Source of the DNA: Candidatus Poribacteria bacterium
GTDB lineage: Bacteria > Poribacteria > WGA-4E > WGA-3G
Direction: 5' to 3'
NCBI GenBank assembly: GCA_965205025.1
Contig: CBDBFU010000023.1
Location: 60,455-124,454, forward strand
DNA: 64,000 bases
How positions within the stretch are numbered: the first letter of the stretch is position 1; each line of letters opens with the position of its first letter. The position numbers and the translations under genes are program-made. Under the pieces are notes generated by a model that saw only the letters and a program-made list of their open reading frames with translations, searched no databases and had not been told where the DNA came from. This document shows, one piece after another, positions 1 through 10,740 of the stretch.

Positions 1-410
1 AGTTCTTCTTGTAAAGTCTTTTTAAAGGAATCTATAGTAAAATAATTGTGTATACTTTCATGCATACTTTTTGGAAGATCCGATAATAAAAATGATCTGT
101 CAATCATTGCCATTTTCCGTTGGATAATGTGCTTTTCTTCTTTTAACAAATCTTGACCATTTAATAATTCTCTCAGTAAAGGTTCAAGACTACTTGGTTC
201 AGAATTATAGATTAGATTTGGACCTGTAAAGTCGTTAAATACTCCATGCAGAACATACATCAAGGTGGCAAGATATGTTTTTCCAGTATTACTCGGACCA
301 ACAAACACAGTCAAGGGACGCAGATCAATGTTGGCTTCGTGAATTGGTCCAAAATTTTTGACTTCAATACCTATCTTCAATTCTTGACTGGAGTCTTCTT
401 TCTTACTCAT
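1..410 (-). CDS. AAA/ABC-type ATPase (AAA_15/AAA_21-like), 5' part; runs off window
   Basis: Manual translation from ATG at 410: MSKKEDSSQELKIGIEVKNFGPIHEANIDLRPLTVFVGPSNTGKTYL; KNFGPI plus Walker A GPSNTGKT; RBS AAGGA upstream. Confidence 0.8.
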   Translation of the reverse strand, partial: MSKKEDSSQELKIGIEVKNFGPIHEANIDLRPLTVFVGPSNTGKTYLATLMYVLHGVFNDFTGPNLIYNSEPSSLEPLLRELLNGQDLLKEEKHIIQRKMAMIDRSFLLSDLPKSMHESIHNYFTIDSFKKTLQEE

Positions 411-473
411 GTTTGTCCTTTACAATAATCTTCCCAAATCATTAATTTACAAATACGATATATAATTTAACAC

Positions 474-1844
474 TTAAAAAAATGTAAGATACGGTTTGCC
501 TTCTATCTCGCGGAGCAACAATAGTGCAAGTTCTCTTCCATGATAGTCTCCCCACATAGATGCCTCTCCACATGGTATTTTTCTATCTTCTGGAACATAG
601 TCCCACCCGTTGGGTCTGTGATATACTGAATGAAGAAGTAAACCTTGATGTGTTTCTGAGGCTGATAAATAGGGTTCATCAAAGAGAGTGTTTGCTACTG
701 TTAAACCAGCTTGGTAGTATTTGGAACTTGATTCTTCTTCACCATGTTTTGAAAGGAAGTTCCCATATCTAATTAACCCTTGTGCCGCGATTGCTGCAGC
801 AGAACTATCAACGGGTTCATAATCATTGTATGGTTCGGACGGAATTGATAGGTAATCTCCTAATTCAACCAGACCCGGAGCCCCTGTATCCCAGTAAGGT
901 ATTCCATCCTGTGCTGTGTTCTCAATGAAGAAATCTGCAGTTGCTTCAACTGCTTTCCTCATATGGGATGTCACTTCGAACTTCCCACCAAAAGAATCAA
1001 GGTCATCATCAGACAATGTATCAAAAAACTCAAGCTGCTCTGCATAACCTGTTATAATCCATGCTAAACCACGAGTCCAGGTAGAAAATGGGGAATAACC
1101 TTGTTGTGTACTGGGACATCGGTAATTTCCATCATTAGTATTGAAGATAGATTCATGAACTACCCGTCCCCGAATATCAAAAGCATCACGACCTTCACCG
1201 TAGTAAACATTATACTTAGCAGTTGTTTGAGAATGTTGGATTAACCGTTCCAATAAGTTTATTGCTACATCACCTTCACCCATAAGGACAGCCCCAAGTG
1301 TATGTCCTATAGCTAATACACGTAATGAACGTATGGTATCTGAGAATAAAGAATGTGGTCCGTTGAAAGAAGCAATATAACCTGCTCCATCCTTAATCTC
1401 TGTCCATCGACTCGCTTGTACGGCTGCTGAAGATTTCAAAGCAATTTCATAAAAGTGCATTTCATTTTCATCAGTTGGGATAACACCTTCCCGCATAAGT
1501 CGACAAAGATTACCATAAGTGGAGACGTTATTAAACCCGTGATCATGTACGCCAATATGTGTAACATGTGGATGCATTTTTTCAATAGTGTTCCGTCTTC
1601 CAATTTCTAAGAATTGTTCATCCCCAGTTGCATCATATTGAAGAATAGCAGATCCAAATTGAAATCCTTGCGTCCATTCTGTCCATCCTCTGGTTGTGTA
1701 TGTACCAGCAACTGTAAAAACAGGTGTGCCATTTTCTGGTAGCCAAGTGTCTTCAATTGACAATATTTTTTCACCTGAAAACTCAAAAAACCTGTCTATT
1801 TTGGTTTTCAGATCATGTATCTTTAATGAATTGTTTATCTTCAT
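474..1844 (-). CDS. glycoside hydrolase family 88 (unsaturated glucuronyl hydrolase-like)
   Basis: HDHGF, STWTRGLAW, IPYWD, DSSAAAIAA, WGDY motifs. Confidence 0.8.
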   Translation of the reverse strand: MKINNSLKIHDLKTKIDRFFEFSGEKILSIEDTWLPENGTPVFTVAGTYTTRGWTEWTQGFQFGSAILQYDATGDEQFLEIGRRNTIEKMHPHVTHIGVHDHGFNNVSTYGNLCRLMREGVIPTDENEMHFYEIALKSSAAVQASRWTEIKDGAGYIASFNGPHSLFSDTIRSLRVLAIGHTLGAVLMGEGDVAINLLERLIQHSQTTAKYNVYYGEGRDAFDIRGRVVHESIFNTNDGNYRCPSTQQGYSPFSTWTRGLAWIITGYAEQLEFFDTLSDDDLDSFGGKFEVTSHMRKAVEATADFFIENTAQDGIPYWDTGAPGLVELGDYLSIPSEPYNDYEPVDSSAAAIAAQGLIRYGNFLSKHGEEESSSKYYQAGLTVANTLFDEPYLSASETHQGLLLHSVYHRPNGWDYVPEDRKIPCGEASMWGDYHGRELALLLLREIEGKPYLTFF

Positions 1845-1880
1845 GTATCCTCTATTTCTTATATGAACCTACTTTAGGTT

Positions 1881-2375
1881 TCAAGATGTTCCATACTGTT
1901 CACATATTACTTCAATCAAGTTAGTTGTTGATTTACCTGGAACATTAATACCTACAACTACCTTACCACCATTTTCTTCAACAATTTCTCTTTCTACAAG
2001 CTGCTCTAATTTGTAATCTCCACCTTTTACATGAATGTTTGGTTTGAGATCTGAAAGTAATTCGATTGGTGTCAATTCAGGAAATATCACAACATAATCA
2101 ACACATGCTAATCCTGCTAACATCTCTGCTCGTTCATCCTCAGGAACAAGTGGACGATTCTCTCCTTTGAGTTGTCTAACAGAATCATCACTGTTAACAG
2201 CGACAACAAGAAGATCCCCCATCTTCCTTGCAGCCTGAAGATAACGTAAATGACCTAAGTGTAATACATCAAAACAACCATTTGTTGTTACGACAATTCT
2301 GCCTTGTTTTCTAAGGTCATTTAACTGCAATGATAGTTCAGATCGTGTATATATTTTCTTCTGTGTCATTATCAA
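1881..2375 (-). CDS. rfaE2: D-glycero-beta-D-manno-heptose 1-phosphate adenylyltransferase (HldE domain II)
   Basis: TNGCFDVLHLGH, NSDDSVRQLKG..RP, VKGGDY, STT motifs. Confidence 0.9.
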   Translation of the reverse strand: MIMTQKKIYTRSELSLQLNDLRKQGRIVVTTNGCFDVLHLGHLRYLQAARKMGDLLVVAVNSDDSVRQLKGENRPLVPEDERAEMLAGLACVDYVVIFPELTPIELLSDLKPNIHVKGGDYKLEQLVEREIVEENGGKVVVGINVPGKSTTNLIEVICEQYGTS

Positions 2376-2523
2376 CTTTACTTTATAAGTACTTTTTAAA
2401 AATTGCTGTCAAAATTGTTGATGTTATATTCATACATTATTGCATATTCACTATACTTTTGCTATAATAAACAAACACTAAAACAAAATCCATCCACATC
2501 ATACAATTCCTTACGGTGTAAAA

Positions 2524-3681
2524 ATGAATAAGAAAAAGACATCCATTCATCAATCGTTACCTATATGCATGCTTGGTGCTAATGGACATGGTAAGACTAC
2601 GTTAACAACTGGTATGGAAAGAGTCGTTGAAAAAATTGGAACAATTCGTTCAGATACCAATACTGATTTTGCTGATCAGTTGCCAAATCACCACCAGATA
2701 TGTGAAGGAGTTGGTTTTACTTTTCGATCTATTGACTATGAAACAAGCGGAAAACACTATACACAGATAGATTGTAATACACATCAGGATATAATAAAAT
2801 TATTAGTTAGTGGTACTCTGGATATTCAAGGTGCAATATGGGTAGTCGATGCAGATGAAGGTGTAACGCCAGAATCTGAAGAACTGGTTTATATTGCCAA
2901 TCGTGTTAAAGTATCCAATATTGTATCATTCTTAAATATTCATAATACCGATGACAGTGAGTTAGTAAATATCTGTCAACATGAAATGAGAGAATTACTC
3001 ACTGAATGTGGATGGAATGAGAATAATTCACCAATATTAGTTGGTGATGCACATAATACATTAAACTATAAAACTGTAAATTTGGGTTCAGACCAATGGA
3101 AACCTATCGTTGATACCATTTCTGCATTAAACAGCATAATGCCGGATCCAATTGATAAATCACATCTTCATCTGGTTTTACCTATACATGAAATTGTGAA
3201 GGAAAGTAAAGAGACTGTGACATTTTCAGGTGAATTAATACAAGGTCATCTTTCTGTAGGTCAATCCATTGATATTGTTGGCAAAGGAGACAGGGTTAAA
3301 ACAAAATGTTTAAATATTAAAGAAGATGAAATAACAGTAGAATCTGAACCAGACTGGTTATCTGTTGGACAGGTTGTATGTTCCCCAAAGACTATAAAAG
3401 CACATACAGAATTTATAGCTATTGTTTATTTACTAAGCCAGGAAGAAAGCGGAACACATATCCCTATAATTCAAAATGATAAGCTTGATATCCACCTATG
3501 GGGTATAGATGTTCATGCACGTGTTCAACTTCCACCAGAACTATCAATCATATCTCCAGGATCAAATTGTGAGCTTTCTATTTACCTTGATCTTCCTCTT
3601 GTGATGGAAGTTGGTACAACATTCGAAATAAAAAAGATGGATCTGAGAATCGGTTTGGGAATCGTAACAGAAGTTACATAA
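2524..3681 (+). CDS. divergent EF-Tu-like protein with degenerate GTPase motifs
   Basis: GANGHGKTTLT, YETSGKHYTQIDC, GAIWVVDADEG, EMRELL, C-terminal IGLGIVTEV align by eye to EF-Tu; DCPG is DCNT, NKCD is NIHN. Confidence 0.75.
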   Translation: MNKKKTSIHQSLPICMLGANGHGKTTLTTGMERVVEKIGTIRSDTNTDFADQLPNHHQICEGVGFTFRSIDYETSGKHYTQIDCNTHQDIIKLLVSGTLDIQGAIWVVDADEGVTPESEELVYIANRVKVSNIVSFLNIHNTDDSELVNICQHEMRELLTECGWNENNSPILVGDAHNTLNYKTVNLGSDQWKPIVDTISALNSIMPDPIDKSHLHLVLPIHEIVKESKETVTFSGELIQGHLSVGQSIDIVGKGDRVKTKCLNIKEDEITVESEPDWLSVGQVVCSPKTIKAHTEFIAIVYLLSQEESGTHIPIIQNDKLDIHLWGIDVHARVQLPPELSIISPGSNCELSIYLDLPLVMEVGTTFEIKKMDLRIGLGIVTEVT

Positions 3682-3699
3682 AGTTCTTCTTGGTTCAAT

Positions 3700-4407
3700 T
3701 TAATTCACAATCTTAAGTACATCATTGAGTAAGAGATCACCTGTATATAAAGCACGTCCTATAATAGCACCAGATACTCCAATGTTTTTCAAGGATTCTA
3801 TATCTGAAAGAGATGTAACCCCTCCCGATGCAATGACATTTGCAGAAACAGCATCCACTATTTCTGCGGTTGCTTTTAGATTAGGACCTTTCAACATTCC
3901 ATCACTTTTTATATCTGTATATATCAAAGTCTGAACTACCGAAAGTTCTTTTGCAAAATGTATAGCAGATTTTTCAGACACTTCTAACCAACCATCTGTG
4001 GCGACCATTCCATCTCTCGCGTCAATTCCAACTGCAATTCTTTCACCGTATAAATCACATGCTTCTGATACAAGATTAGGTTGTTTTAAGGCTGCTGTAC
4101 CCAAAATTGCTCTATCAACCCCTAATTCCAGAACAACCTTGATCTGCTCGATATTTCTAATGCCGCCACCAAGTTGTGTAGGAATTGTAACTTCAGAGAC
4201 GATCTCACCAACTATCTTTAGGTTTGCTGATACACCTTGAAATGCTCCATCAAGATCGACAAGGTGTAGGTATTCTGCTCCTTCCGATTCCCATCTTAGT
4301 GCCATATCAACAGGATTATTAGAAAAAACTGTTTCTTGTTCAGCAATACCTTGGATCAGATTAACACATTTTCCACCACGTAGATCAATTGCGGGTAATA
4401 TTTTCAC
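3700..4407 (-). CDS. hisA: ProFAR isomerase
   Basis: ILPAIDLRGGKCV, HLVDLDGA, QLGGGIR, VIASGGV, GRALY. Confidence 0.95.
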   Translation of the reverse strand: MKILPAIDLRGGKCVNLIQGIAEQETVFSNNPVDMALRWESEGAEYLHLVDLDGAFQGVSANLKIVGEIVSEVTIPTQLGGGIRNIEQIKVVLELGVDRAILGTAALKQPNLVSEACDLYGERIAVGIDARDGMVATDGWLEVSEKSAIHFAKELSVVQTLIYTDIKSDGMLKGPNLKATAEIVDAVSANVIASGGVTSLSDIESLKNIGVSGAIIGRALYTGDLLLNDVLKIVN

Positions 4408-4419
4408 TTAATTTCCTTT

Positions 4420-5322
4420 CTATTCCTCACGAAAAATACCGAGTAATTTTAATTGTGCGATTGAGATGATTGCAATAATTATAAAAAGCACCCATCCTAT
4501 TGTTGCAGCATAACCAAGTCGCATAAATTGAAAACCATTCTTATATAAATACATTACAATTGTAGAACCCGCATCTGCAGGTTCACCACCATTCGTTAAT
4601 ATAAATGGTAGATCAAACAGTTGGAATGATCCTATCATTGAAACAACAACCACAAATGCAATTACAGGTCGTAATGAGGGAAGAGTAACATGAATAAATG
4701 CCTGCCACCAATTTGCACCATCTACAGCTGCAGCTTCATATAAATCCTGACGTATTCCTTGAAGTCCTGCAATAAAGTAGATCATGTTAAATCCTGCCCA
4801 TTGCCATACTCCTGTAAGAATCACAGCCGGCATTACATATTTTGCATCATTTAGCCATCCTATCTCTTTTCCAAGAAGTATATATTCGTTGTTGATAATT
4901 CCTGCGCGCTGATCATAGATAAGATTAAAGATGATGGCAACAAATACACCTGCGACAAGTACAGGTGTAAAAAATGCTAAACGTAATATGTTCTTTCCTT
5001 TGACATATTTTGAATTTAAGATTATGGCAAGTAATAAAGCTATAGGTAATTGTAGCGTTAATGTACCCAGTGCAAAATATGTCGTATTCCATGCAGATTT
5101 CCAAAAGATAGGATCAATAAAAAGATCTATGAAGTTGCTAAATCCTACATATATTTTACTTTGAAACCCACGCATCTCATAGAAACTCATAATGAGAGAT
5201 GAGAGTAGTGGATACCCCATAAAAACAATGAATAGTATATAGAATGGAGCAATAAACAGGTAGGGAGCAATTTTCTGTTGTTGATTCCAGATATTCTTAC
5301 TAAAGGTTTTATTAATCGCCAT
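4420..5322 (-). CDS. carbohydrate ABC transporter permease
   Basis: Multiple hydrophobic segments; EAA loop YEAAAVDGA. Confidence 0.9.
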   Translation of the reverse strand: MAINKTFSKNIWNQQQKIAPYLFIAPFYILFIVFMGYPLLSSLIMSFYEMRGFQSKIYVGFSNFIDLFIDPIFWKSAWNTTYFALGTLTLQLPIALLLAIILNSKYVKGKNILRLAFFTPVLVAGVFVAIIFNLIYDQRAGIINNEYILLGKEIGWLNDAKYVMPAVILTGVWQWAGFNMIYFIAGLQGIRQDLYEAAAVDGANWWQAFIHVTLPSLRPVIAFVVVVSMIGSFQLFDLPFILTNGGEPADAGSTIVMYLYKNGFQFMRLGYAATIGWVLFIIIAIISIAQLKLLGIFREE

Positions 5323-5360
5323 AACTGATTAGGACTAACTTTATTTAGAAATTGAATTTT

Positions 5361-6725
5361 CTATTTAATCTCTTCTGTTCTCCATCTTGTTTGGTCTTTT
5401 GAGATAATATCCCTAACTGTAGTAGCAAGTTCAGTCAAAGCCTTTCTTGGTGACTTATCTTCAGTAACGACTTCAAAGATGGTATCATTCAATAAATCTG
5501 AAGCTTCCGACCAATACGGATTCTGATATCGTGGTGGTATATCTGGTGCCAAATCAATAAACAATTTTCCAATTCTCTGTCCACCTAAGTATTCGTCAGG
5601 TTCATGAAAAATCGGTATATCCAATGCAGATTTGATCGGAGGTATAATCATAGTGGTTTCAAACCTATTTGCTAATCCTTCTCTATTGAAATATGTAAAT
5701 TCAATCAGTTCCCATGCAAGTTCAGGATTCTTGCACTGTTTTGTAATACCAATCATTGTACCACCACGTGTTGTTGTGCGTCTTCCCCCTTCTTCCCACG
5801 CAGGCATTGGTATTGCTTTCCACTTTCCCGCCATCTGAGGAACTTGACTTTTTAATATCCCAACATACCAATCTGGTGCTAAAATGGAAAGTATCTTATC
5901 ATCCTGCATTGCAGCGAAATTACTTGGATGTCCATGCCATGTTCCGTAAACAGGAGTTGCAATTTTATGTTCATTGAAGAGTGAACTATAAAAGGTTAAA
6001 GTATCTATCGCAATCTCGCTATCTATAATCACATTTCCATTTTCATCAAAAAACCCACCTCCCCTTTGTAGCAGAAAGTTGAAGTAATCGCTCTCTGTCT
6101 TGTTATCCAGAACAATTGCATAACGGTCAGTGCTACCATCCCCATCCGTATCACGAGTTGCTTTTTTAGCAGCAATTATAAATTCATCCCAAGTACTGAT
6201 TTCTGTCAGATCAACTCCTACTGCTTTAAAAAGATCATCTCTATATAGGAGAACTACAGGATGTAAATCATGTGGGATTCCATATATTCTTCCATTATAA
6301 GACCAGGGTGTAAAACGATTTGGAACTAAATCATCCATCCAACCTTGACTTTCCAATAGAGGACGAAGGTCCAAGAACCCAATTTCATCTATTGCTCCCT
6401 TCAAGAAACGGCCAATTGAGGTAATTTCTACTTCAACAATATCGGGTGCACCGAAATTTGAAAGTAGTGCTGTTAGAAGCTTGTCATGCATCGTGTCACC
6501 AAAGTTAATCAACTCAACATTTACATCAGGATAAAGTTGATTAAATAGTGGGAGTCGTGCTTGATATTCGTCATAATGAGTGGGTGCAAAAATCCAGAAC
6601 TCTAAACTCTCATCTTTCTTTTCTAAAGATGCAACAAGAAATATTGAAGAGACTACAAACAGAACCAACATTGCTATGGGTGCTTTGCCAATTGGGAAGT
6701 TATCACTATCAAATGGAATTGTCAT
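5361..6725 (-). CDS. carbohydrate ABC transporter substrate-binding protein
   Basis: GAPDIV, YNGRIYGIP, LLYRDDLF; adjacent to the permease. Confidence 0.85.
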   Translation of the reverse strand: MTIPFDSDNFPIGKAPIAMLVLFVVSSIFLVASLEKKDESLEFWIFAPTHYDEYQARLPLFNQLYPDVNVELINFGDTMHDKLLTALLSNFGAPDIVEVEITSIGRFLKGAIDEIGFLDLRPLLESQGWMDDLVPNRFTPWSYNGRIYGIPHDLHPVVLLYRDDLFKAVGVDLTEISTWDEFIIAAKKATRDTDGDGSTDRYAIVLDNKTESDYFNFLLQRGGGFFDENGNVIIDSEIAIDTLTFYSSLFNEHKIATPVYGTWHGHPSNFAAMQDDKILSILAPDWYVGILKSQVPQMAGKWKAIPMPAWEEGGRRTTTRGGTMIGITKQCKNPELAWELIEFTYFNREGLANRFETTMIIPPIKSALDIPIFHEPDEYLGGQRIGKLFIDLAPDIPPRYQNPYWSEASDLLNDTIFEVVTEDKSPRKALTELATTVRDIISKDQTRWRTEEIK

Positions 6726-6899
6726 GGTTTTGCTAAGAATTTATGGTGCTATATTATCTTGAGATGAATCATGTGTTCTACTACAAGTCTTAGTATTTTA
6801 TCAAAAAGGTCAATTTTGTCTTGACATTTAGGAACTGACTAATTAAAATTTATCAAAACAATTCCTTTTTTTCAATGAATAAATGGAGTATCGTTTACA

Positions 6900-7198
6900 T
6901 GCCTACATATGATTATAGATGTCTTGAATGTGAAACAGAATTTGAGAAATTTCAAGGCATCACAGAAGATCCGATTAAAGAATGTCCAGAATGTACAGGT
7001 AAAGTGAAAAGACTGATTGGTGCAGGGGCTGGATTGATCTTCAAAGGGTCTGGTTTTTATATCACTGATTATCGAAGTGATGGATATAAAGAATCTGCTA
7101 AGAAAGATAATAATACCTCAACCGATAAAGGTGATAAGAAAGAAAAGAAAACCGATAACAGTAGTGAATCAAAGAGTAAGAAAGAAACTTCTGACTAA
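6900..7198 (+). CDS. FmdB-family zinc-ribbon protein
   Basis: MPTYDYRCLEC...CPEC...FKGSGFYITDY; GGAG RBS before ATG 6900. Confidence 0.85.
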
Positions 7199-7236
7199 CT
7201 GGAATTTCTACATCTAATCTACAATAGGATTCCAAT

Positions 7237-8178
7237 TTGCATACTCACCATGACCATCATCACCATAATCAGGGTGAAGAACATTCCCATCAATATCATC
7301 TTCAAAAAAAGTTCAAGATAGCTATTCTTATTACATTCTGTGTGTTTTTAGGTGAACTTATTGGGGGTATTTGGTCGGGTAGTCTTGCTCTATTGAGTGA
7401 TGCTGCACATGTAATGTCTGATGTAATTTCTTTATTATTAAGTTGGTTTGCCATATATCTTTCAACCCGTCCAGCAACTTCATTCCGTACTTACGGTTAC
7501 CACAGAACAGAAGTATTTGCAGCATTTTTAAATGGTATCACCCTCATAGGTATTTCTATTTGGATTTTTTATGAAGCATATCATAGATATATTTCCCCCA
7601 CTGAGATAAAAGTAACAGGAATGTTCATTGTTGCATGTATAGGCTTTATAGCCAACCTGATTATTTTATGGCAATTACACGGTGAGAGTCATGGGAACCT
7701 AAATGTGCGAAGTGCTGTAATACATGTGGTTGGAGACGCACTGTCCTCCGTTGCCATCGTAATCGGTGGTGCAGTAATTCTTTTTTTTGGATGGACACCT
7801 ATTGACACCATATTAAGCATACTTATTGGAGGGATCATACTGATTAGTGCGATAAATGTAACGAAGGAGGCAGTATATATTCTTCTTGAGAATTCTCCGC
7901 GTAACGCTGATGCCGATACAGTTGCAGAACACCTATGCAGTTTGGAATCTGTTAAGGGAATCCATGATATGCATGTATGGTCATTATGTTCTAACTATAG
8001 TGCATTAAGTGCCCATATAGTAATCCATGAACACACAACACTCCCCTACGATCACATACTAAAACAGATCAATACCGAATTAATACAACGTTTTGGTATA
8101 CACCATACCACTCTTCAACTTGAGAATGTCGCATGTACACAAGACACCAATCTATTGTGTAATGCCCAACACACCTAA
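7237..8178 (+). CDS. cation diffusion facilitator (CzcD/ZitB-like)
   Basis: His-rich N-terminus, SLALLSDAAH, LNVRSAVIHVVGD, HDMHVW, HTTLQLE. Confidence 0.9.
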   Translation: MHTHHDHHHHNQGEEHSHQYHLQKKFKIAILITFCVFLGELIGGIWSGSLALLSDAAHVMSDVISLLLSWFAIYLSTRPATSFRTYGYHRTEVFAAFLNGITLIGISIWIFYEAYHRYISPTEIKVTGMFIVACIGFIANLIILWQLHGESHGNLNVRSAVIHVVGDALSSVAIVIGGAVILFFGWTPIDTILSILIGGIILISAINVTKEAVYILLENSPRNADADTVAEHLCSLESVKGIHDMHVWSLCSNYSALSAHIVIHEHTTLPYDHILKQINTELIQRFGIHHTTLQLENVACTQDTNLLCNAQHT

Positions 8179-8190
8179 AATCCAATCTTC

Positions 8191-8766
8191 CTAAATATGT
8201 TCTTCCTTCAATCTATGTGCTTTCCTAATTAAGGTAGTGTCTTTTGAAAACTGTCGTGTTGCTTTGATCAGACCATCAACGTGTGAAACCATTTCTCTCT
8301 CAATTTGGACGATCCTTGATAGCAAATAGGGTTGATTGCTCTCCCGTATTGCTTGTCTGATGATGGATAATAGATACATATATATCGTATCTGACTCACT
8401 TCCTTCAATAGCAATTGCAATTTCAAAACCTTCATCTAAAGATATCCTACCACTTTTGACCTTCTTTTCATGGGATTGTAATGCATCTGTAATTTCTTGG
8501 ATGGAAACATCTGGAAATGGTTGTAGGTCAGAGTCTTCATTGAGTCCATTAGAAGATATGTCCTTATTAATTCCAAATGTCTCAATACATAATGCACGAC
8601 CAAAATCGACGAGTATATAGTGTTGCCATTCCTCTGTACTCATTTTTTCCCAAAATCGCGCAATGCGTTCATCAACATCACCCAATAATAGTGAAAGTGA
8701 TGCATATAATTTCGCTTGCCGTAATTCCAGGTCTTTACAAAGTTCAAAGAGAGTTTCTAATGTCAA
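8191..8766 (-). CDS. ferritin-like (rubrerythrin-type) protein
   Basis: E..Y / EEWQH / E / E..H spacing typical of a diiron four-helix bundle. Confidence 0.55.
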   Translation of the reverse strand: MTLETLFELCKDLELRQAKLYASLSLLLGDVDERIARFWEKMSTEEWQHYILVDFGRALCIETFGINKDISSNGLNEDSDLQPFPDVSIQEITDALQSHEKKVKSGRISLDEGFEIAIAIEGSESDTIYMYLLSIIRQAIRESNQPYLLSRIVQIEREMVSHVDGLIKATRQFSKDTTLIRKAHRLKEEHI

Positions 8767-8820
8767 TTTATCTCCTCATACAATCCTTAGAAGTTCTATC
8801 GTTATGCTATCTATTTTAAG

Positions 8821-9858
8821 TTATATTTGTAGTGGTAATGAAATCGTCGTACCTGACATCATACTTCGTGTAACGGCTTCAGTAAATTCCATATACTTTA
8901 CCCCAGTATCAAAATCAGTGTGTGTTATTTTTTCTTCTCCGCGTATTGCGTTTATAAATTCTGCTTCAACTCTCCAACCACCTTCTTCTTCCTTAGGTAT
9001 ATCAATTTCGATTAATTCTTCTTCAGTTCTTTTTCCACCATATAATGTGTTTTCTGAGAAACGCAATGTTCCTTCACTACCAAATAAAATTGCCTCAGGA
9101 TTACCCGCTAATCCTGTGACAGAGGATATTTGCATGTGTAATTGAGCACCACAAGTAAGTTCTCCAACAACATCAATATGTTCAGGAATTCTGACCGATT
9201 TCATATTACCATCAGAATCAGTACGCATTTTAACAAAGGTATTCCCCATAGCCATTATCTTTGTAGCCTCACCAACCCATCTCATCAATGCTTCATACCA
9301 AATCCCCATACTCATTATATTCATACCGCTAAGATCAAAATCCTGTCGCCATTGAATGTCTGATTCTCTGTCCAGAAAACTACCACCGGCGCGTACTTCA
9401 ATAGCAAGTATGCTACCAACATATCCTTCAGCTATAAGTCGTTTTATAGTCTTGTCTACGCGTAAGGTCATCGGTGAAGGAACAATCTGTGCTATTAGTC
9501 CGGGTTTTCTCCGAGATATCATTCGCATTGCATGTGCCTCGCGGGCGTTCATTGCCATACGAGCTTCACACATCACATGTTTATTTGCCATTAAAGCTGC
9601 AACTGTAGTTCGGCAATGCATATAAGGCCATGTCCCAATCACAATTGCATTTGTCTCGTCATCTTTAATGACATCCTGCCAATTATTATATATCTTTGAG
9701 ATACCAAATTCATCAGCAACAGCTTGGGATGAATCCTTACTCCGATTGCATACTCCGATTACTTCTACACCATCAATTGCTTGTAAACCAGGTATGTGTC
9801 GTGACTTTGTGTTTCTACCCGCCCCTATGATTCCAACTCGAATTGGTTCTGATGTCAC
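8821..9858 (-). CDS. Gfo/Idh/MocA family oxidoreductase
   Basis: RVGIIGAG Rossmann motif; KHVMCEARMA (EKP variant). Confidence 0.9.
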   Translation of the reverse strand: MTSEPIRVGIIGAGRNTKSRHIPGLQAIDGVEVIGVCNRSKDSSQAVADEFGISKIYNNWQDVIKDDETNAIVIGTWPYMHCRTTVAALMANKHVMCEARMAMNAREAHAMRMISRRKPGLIAQIVPSPMTLRVDKTIKRLIAEGYVGSILAIEVRAGGSFLDRESDIQWRQDFDLSGMNIMSMGIWYEALMRWVGEATKIMAMGNTFVKMRTDSDGNMKSVRIPEHIDVVGELTCGAQLHMQISSVTGLAGNPEAILFGSEGTLRFSENTLYGGKRTEEELIEIDIPKEEEGGWRVEAEFINAIRGEEKITHTDFDTGVKYMEFTEAVTRSMMSGTTISLPLQI

Positions 9859-10074
9859 TCCTATACTCCTTTCGTGTATAACTAATTAGTGATTATCATA
9901 GCAAATGAGGAGTATCATGTCAAGGTATAGTTTGGATTTAAAATGTATGTTTCTTTACAGATTATGTCAGTTTGCAAATATAATTATTATTTAAAATATA
10001 GGAATAGACACATTAACAACATAAGAATCATAATGGAATTGATATATTCATTCGTATGAAGTATACTCAATTGT

Positions 10075-10740
10075 ATGAAATCCATAGACAATAAAGGAAA
10101 TGGTATCATAATAGGAATCACTGGAGGTATTGCATGTGGCAAGACTACTGTCTCACAGTTACTTGCTAATAAAGGTGCAATTCCACTCAATGCTGATGAG
10201 ATTGGACATCAACTTCTATTAGCTGATAGTCCTGTAATAGATAAGCTTATTGACGCCTTTGGGTCTGAAATACTTGAGGAAACAGGGGATATTAGTAGAG
10301 ACAAATTGGGTTCTATTGTTTTTAAGGATGAAGATGCACGCAAGAGATTAAATAATATACTACACCCAATAATAATAGAAAGATCCCGTACAGAAGCAAG
10401 ACGACTTGTTTGTAATAATCCTGGGTGTGTGGTATTGTTGGATGCACCACTTCTTATTGAGGCAGGTGCATACGATACCGTAGATCTGATTGTCGTTGTA
10501 TCTGCTTCACAGGAAACACAATTAAATAGAATCATTGAAAGAAGTTATTCATTAGATAGACCAATTAATCGAAAAGATGCACAAGCCAGAATTGATTCAC
10601 AGATGCCAGTGTCAGAAAAAGTTAAATATGCTGATGTCGTAATAGAGAATGAAGGGAATCTAAATGAACTTAATGACCAGGTTGATGATCTGTGGGAACA
10701 GATTCAGACAAGTCTAAGGAATCCTGCCATAGTAGATTAA
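10075..10740 (+). CDS. coaE: dephospho-CoA kinase
   Basis: IGITGGIACGKTTVS, LHP, DAPLLIE, ARIDSQMP. Confidence 0.95.
   Translation: MKSIDNKGNGIIIGITGGIACGKTTVSQLLANKGAIPLNADEIGHQLLLADSPVIDKLIDAFGSEILEETGDISRDKLGSIVFKDEDARKRLNNILHPIIIERSRTEARRLVCNNPGCVVLLDAPLLIEAGAYDTVDLIVVVSASQETQLNRIIERSYSLDRPINRKDAQARIDSQMPVSEKVKYADVVIENEGNLNELNDQVDDLWEQIQTSLRNPAIVD

Noticed and set aside
2524-3681. Calling the EF-Tu-like gene selB or the functional tuf
   Set aside because: No SelB C-terminal winged-helix extension; G3 and G4 motifs are degenerate.
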